A DNA stretch of 64,000 nt from Candidatus Enterocola sp. (GTDB lineage Bacteria > Bacteroidota > Bacteroidia > Bacteroidales > Paludibacteraceae): contig JAZKXZ010000025.1 of the NCBI GenBank assembly GCA_045611845.1, positions 190,077 through 254,076 on the forward strand, read 5' to 3'. Shown here one piece after another: positions 61,332 to 64,000 of this stretch. How positions within the stretch are numbered: the stretch's first letter is position 1; each line of letters starts with the position of its first letter. The notes beneath the pieces were generated by a model that was not told the DNA's origin, did not search any database, and saw only the letters and a program-made list of their open reading frames with translations. The position numbers and the translations under genes are program-made.

Positions 61332-64000
61332 ATGGTAGAAATAGTTAATGCTCCAACTATAAAATATGCAGTTGAGATAAAGGAATTTAATGAAAAAACA
61401 GTAGAAGAAGGTAAACGTGGTTTGTGTCAACGTAATGTTGTAACTCAAACTATGGGTCCTAATGGTTTGTTGATTAATGTGTCTTTAACTCAAAAGATGT
61501 TTCAACCAAGTTCTTTGGAGGTTGTTATACAAACAAATAAAACAATTTCATCATTTGAAAGAAAATTAATTACATTGTATGCATACAATTCTGATGTAAC
61601 AGAATTTGACACAAATGAAAATAGGCTTGTAAATAACTATTATATTTTTAATATAAAGCAAAAAGGAGAGTATATAACACTTACTGCATATAGTGCAGAT
61701 AAATTTTTAACCATAGATAAGTTTTGCCAAGCATTTACTGGTAAAACATTAGTTGAGGGAATAATAGTTCCTAGTTTATCAAATTGTCTTAGCCCTAATT
61801 TTGATAAATTTAGGCAAATTGTTCCACAACAAAAAGAAACCGAAGAATATCCTTATATAATCAAAAATGTTATAAATTTCTGTCAAGGGGAAACGGAGTC
61901 AATTATTCCTTATGCAGTGCAATATGATGAAAGTTTCTATGACTTTATGGTGCGTATGTGTAATAGAGATGGGGAATTCTTATATATGGACGAGGATAAT
62001 AAATTATGTATAGGCTTAAAATCTATTCAGAATACAAGCAAGAAAATAAGCGAAATATTCAAGGATGCAGAAATTGAATATATAAATACTTATAATTCAG
62101 TAGATACAAGTAATTGGGTCGATAGGAATTATTTAGGTTTAAGTTTTACATCAGGTGGTGAAAAAATAGAAGAAAAACCAGATGTAGAAGGATATATTTA
62201 CGATTTTAATTTAGCACCTGATAATGGAGTTAATTTACAAACACCTTGTTATGTATTGTCGCCAGACTATTTAGAAAATGTATCTAAGAAGGAAAAATAT
62301 GCAGTAAAAGGTGATTATACGTGCAGGATGTCGCATATAATGTCTAAACTACATGCATTTGGAGATGAACGTAATGTTTCAGACGCTATATGTTCTGCTG
62401 CTTTCTCAATACTTCATGAAGAAGGTATCTATAAATATTGTATGGATACCATAAATAATGATTATACTGATATATACAAGAATAATGCTATTTTATATTC
62501 AACGAATAATACATTAAGAAATAACGAAGGATATAAAAACATTTATAAGAAACAAGAAGAGTCAAACTCTGGTCAATTGAAGATAGTAACTTCATCTAAA
62601 CCGAATATTAAATTGGGGGAGGTAATAGAGGATTATGTGGTTTATGAATCTATAAAAACTATAGTAGAAAATAATGGAACTTACAGCGAAAGATATGAGT
62701 TACTTCTATTAAAGAGAGTTGATACTAAATTTTATCCTCTGCCAATGACAGGGAAACGTATTAAGAAAGCATCTGCTCAAAGAGCAATCGTGGTGGATAA
62801 TTTTGACCCAGACCGTTTGGGTAGAGTTCGCGTAATGTATCCTTGGCAACCTGCTCATAAAGATGATCAGACATATTGGGAAGAAATTAAAAAAGAGCAA
62901 GGAATGAGTGATACGAAAATAAAAGAAATGAAAGACAATAAGGAGGATGAGAAAGAAATTAAAGGGATTTGTAGATGTGAAATAAACAATAGAAAAAATT
63001 CTACCCCATGGATTCGTATTTCAAATCCTATGGCATCAAATGGTGCAGGTTTTTTATTTATACCAGATATTAAAGATGAGGTTTTAATAGACTACGAAGA
63101 TGGAAATATAGAAAGACCATACGTATGTGGTGCATTTTATAATAATACTAATAGACCTTCTGTGGCATCTCAAAGCCAAACACATGGCAAGGTGAAATCT
63201 ATTACATCGGCCAATGGTCACCATATTTCATTCACTGATTCAGGCGGATCAAGCAGATGTTTGAGTAGTATTACGCCATTAACTAAAACTCTAGCAGCAT
63301 TTGGAGTTATTCAAGAACCAACTCCAGATGATGATAACAATAATAAAGATGAGGAAAAAGATAAAGATGATGGTAAATATTATGGTGGTGGATTTGAAAT
63401 AGCAGACTATTACGGATTTTATTCTATCACAGGATCTACGCACAATAGGAGCATAAATATAAATTCTCCAATGGGTAATATATCAATGAATGCTCTTACT
63501 GGGATAACTATTAGTGCACCGCTAGGTGATGTGAAAATTGTCGGTAAAAATGTAAGTATAGAAGCTCGCAATAATTTATCAATAGAATCAGGAACAAATA
63601 TTAAAGGATATTTCAATCTTTTTAGAGGTAGTGAGTACAAAGCTTTTGACGATAATCCAATATCAAATTTGTTATATTCAGCAGTAGAAAATGAAGTAGT
63701 AGATTTATCACTAGTAAGAAATGTTCTGGAGATGATAATTAGGCCAATTGGTGGTACAATGTTGATAAAGTCAAATAGATATATGCACATAGAGGCAGGT
63801 GATGGAGAAACAACAGTGGATAAGAATACTGAAAAATCTTCTGTTAGAAAGTTCTTTAGAACTATAGCAGGAAAAGAATCTCTAACAAAACATGCTATTG
63901 ATTATGAAAGGATGTATAATGAAACTCTTAGAATTTTCAAATCTTGTGAAAGAGTTAGACATGACTTAAATACATTTGTTCTTATTGTTAAGGAACATAC
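61332..64000 (+). CDS. vgrG: Second VgrG (TssI) paralogue, 5' 889 codons; runs off the window
   Basis: I translated 61332 to 64000 in frame with no stop (MVEIVNAPTIKYAVEIKEF...). It is collinear with VgrG1: YYIFNIKQK, FLTIDKFCQAFTGKTL, IPYAVQYDESFYDFMVRMCNRDGEFLY, AQRAIVVDNFDPDRLGRVRVMYPWQ, TPWIRISNPMASNGAGFLF. It is missing from the ORF track only because it is open-ended. Confidence 0.85.
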   Translation, partial: MVEIVNAPTIKYAVEIKEFNEKTVEEGKRGLCQRNVVTQTMGPNGLLINVSLTQKMFQPSSLEVVIQTNKTISSFERKLITLYAYNSDVTEFDTNENRLVNNYYIFNIKQKGEYITLTAYSADKFLTIDKFCQAFTGKTLVEGIIVPSLSNCLSPNFDKFRQIVPQQKETEEYPYIIKNVINFCQGETESIIPYAVQYDESFYDFMVRMCNRDGEFLYMDEDNKLCIGLKSIQNTSKKISEIFKDAEIEYINTYNSVDTSNWVDRNYLGLSFTSGGEKIEEKPDVEGYIYDFNLAPDNGVNLQTPCYVLSPDYLENVSKKEKYAVKGDYTCRMSHIMSKLHAFGDERNVSDAICSAAFSILHEEGIYKYCMDTINNDYTDIYKNNAILYSTNNTLRNNEGYKNIYKKQEESNSGQLKIVTSSKPNIKLGEVIEDYVVYESIKTIVENNGTYSERYELLLLKRVDTKFYPLPMTGKRIKKASAQRAIVVDNFDPDRLGRVRVMYPWQPAHKDDQTYWEEIKKEQGMSDTKIKEMKDNKEDEKEIKGICRCEINNRKNSTPWIRISNPMASNGAGFLFIPDIKDEVLIDYEDGNIERPYVCGAFYNNTNRPSVASQSQTHGKVKSITSANGHHISFTDSGGSSRCLSSITPLTKTLAAFGVIQEPTPDDDNNNKDEEKDKDDGKYYGGGFEIADYYGFYSITGSTHNRSININSPMGNISMNALTGITISAPLGDVKIVGKNVSIEARNNLSIESGTNIKGYFNLFRGSEYKAFDDNPISNLLYSAVENEVVDLSLVRNVLEMIIRPIGGTMLIKSNRYMHIEAGDGETTVDKNTEKSSVRKFFRTIAGKESLTKHAIDYERMYNETLRIFKSCERVRHDLNTFVLIVKEH

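Noticed and set aside
1-64000. Search by eye for rRNA, tRNA, CRISPR arrays, IS elements, integrases and prophage genes.
   Set aside because: I found no tRNA-like T-arm/acceptor pattern, no regularly spaced 25-40-nt direct repeats, and no transposase, integrase or phage structural ORFs. tRNAscan-SE/Infernal and ISfinder searches would be the decisive checks.

Overview
This 64-kb chromosomal segment looks like a low-GC member of the Bacteroidota. Supporting signs are TAnnTTTG -7 promoter boxes in front of many genes, a FeoA-FeoB fusion, two proteins with T9SS C-terminal sorting domains, and Bacteroidota-type (T6SS-iii) type VI secretion genes. I count roughly 55 protein-coding genes. I found no rRNA, tRNA, CRISPR array, integrase or transposase. 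Core genes include a P-type ATPase (partial), an OMP-feoAB operon with a neighbouring hemerythrin-LuxR regulator, dnaK, a MATE pump, yjdM/phnA, an SstT-like symporter and rmuC. Others are SUI1/yciH, an AddA-like helicase-nuclease, cysK-metH-metF, holA, a Mur-ligase paralogue, pgk, a T9SS-secreted GH13 amylase, trmO, mfd, a GT2 polyprenol-P-mannose synthase and pyrC. Small accessory islets that look AT-rich by eye sit between the core genes. These are 7.9-12.5 kb (HTH, DUF4099/DUF3945-like protein, two metallophosphoesterases) and 17.3-19.8 kb (Schlafen/AlbA_2 protein plus a wHTH/nuclease-like protein, upstream of rmuC). Two more lie at 39.5-43.6 kb (rhuM, structured RNA, small HEPN protein, BspA-LRR protein) and 49.2-52.0 kb (structured RNA, glycine-zipper membrane protein, PspC, DUF4143 ATPase). 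The last ~12 kb is the start of a T6SS-iii locus: clpV-tssB-tssC, four tandem Hcp-family genes and two tandem long VgrG genes, the second running off the window. The candidates most worth follow-up are listed below. (1) Two loci share a 'long hairpin RNA - intrinsic terminator - small accessory ORF' layout, one with an Rx4H HEPN protein. (2) The expanded Hcp/VgrG cargo region of the T6SS. (3) An operator-like motif is shared by the feoAB operon promoter and the promoter of the adjacent hemerythrin-LuxR regulator. (4) The Schlafen/nuclease-like cluster fused onto rmuC. All family assignments come from motif recognition by eye, and no database search was run.
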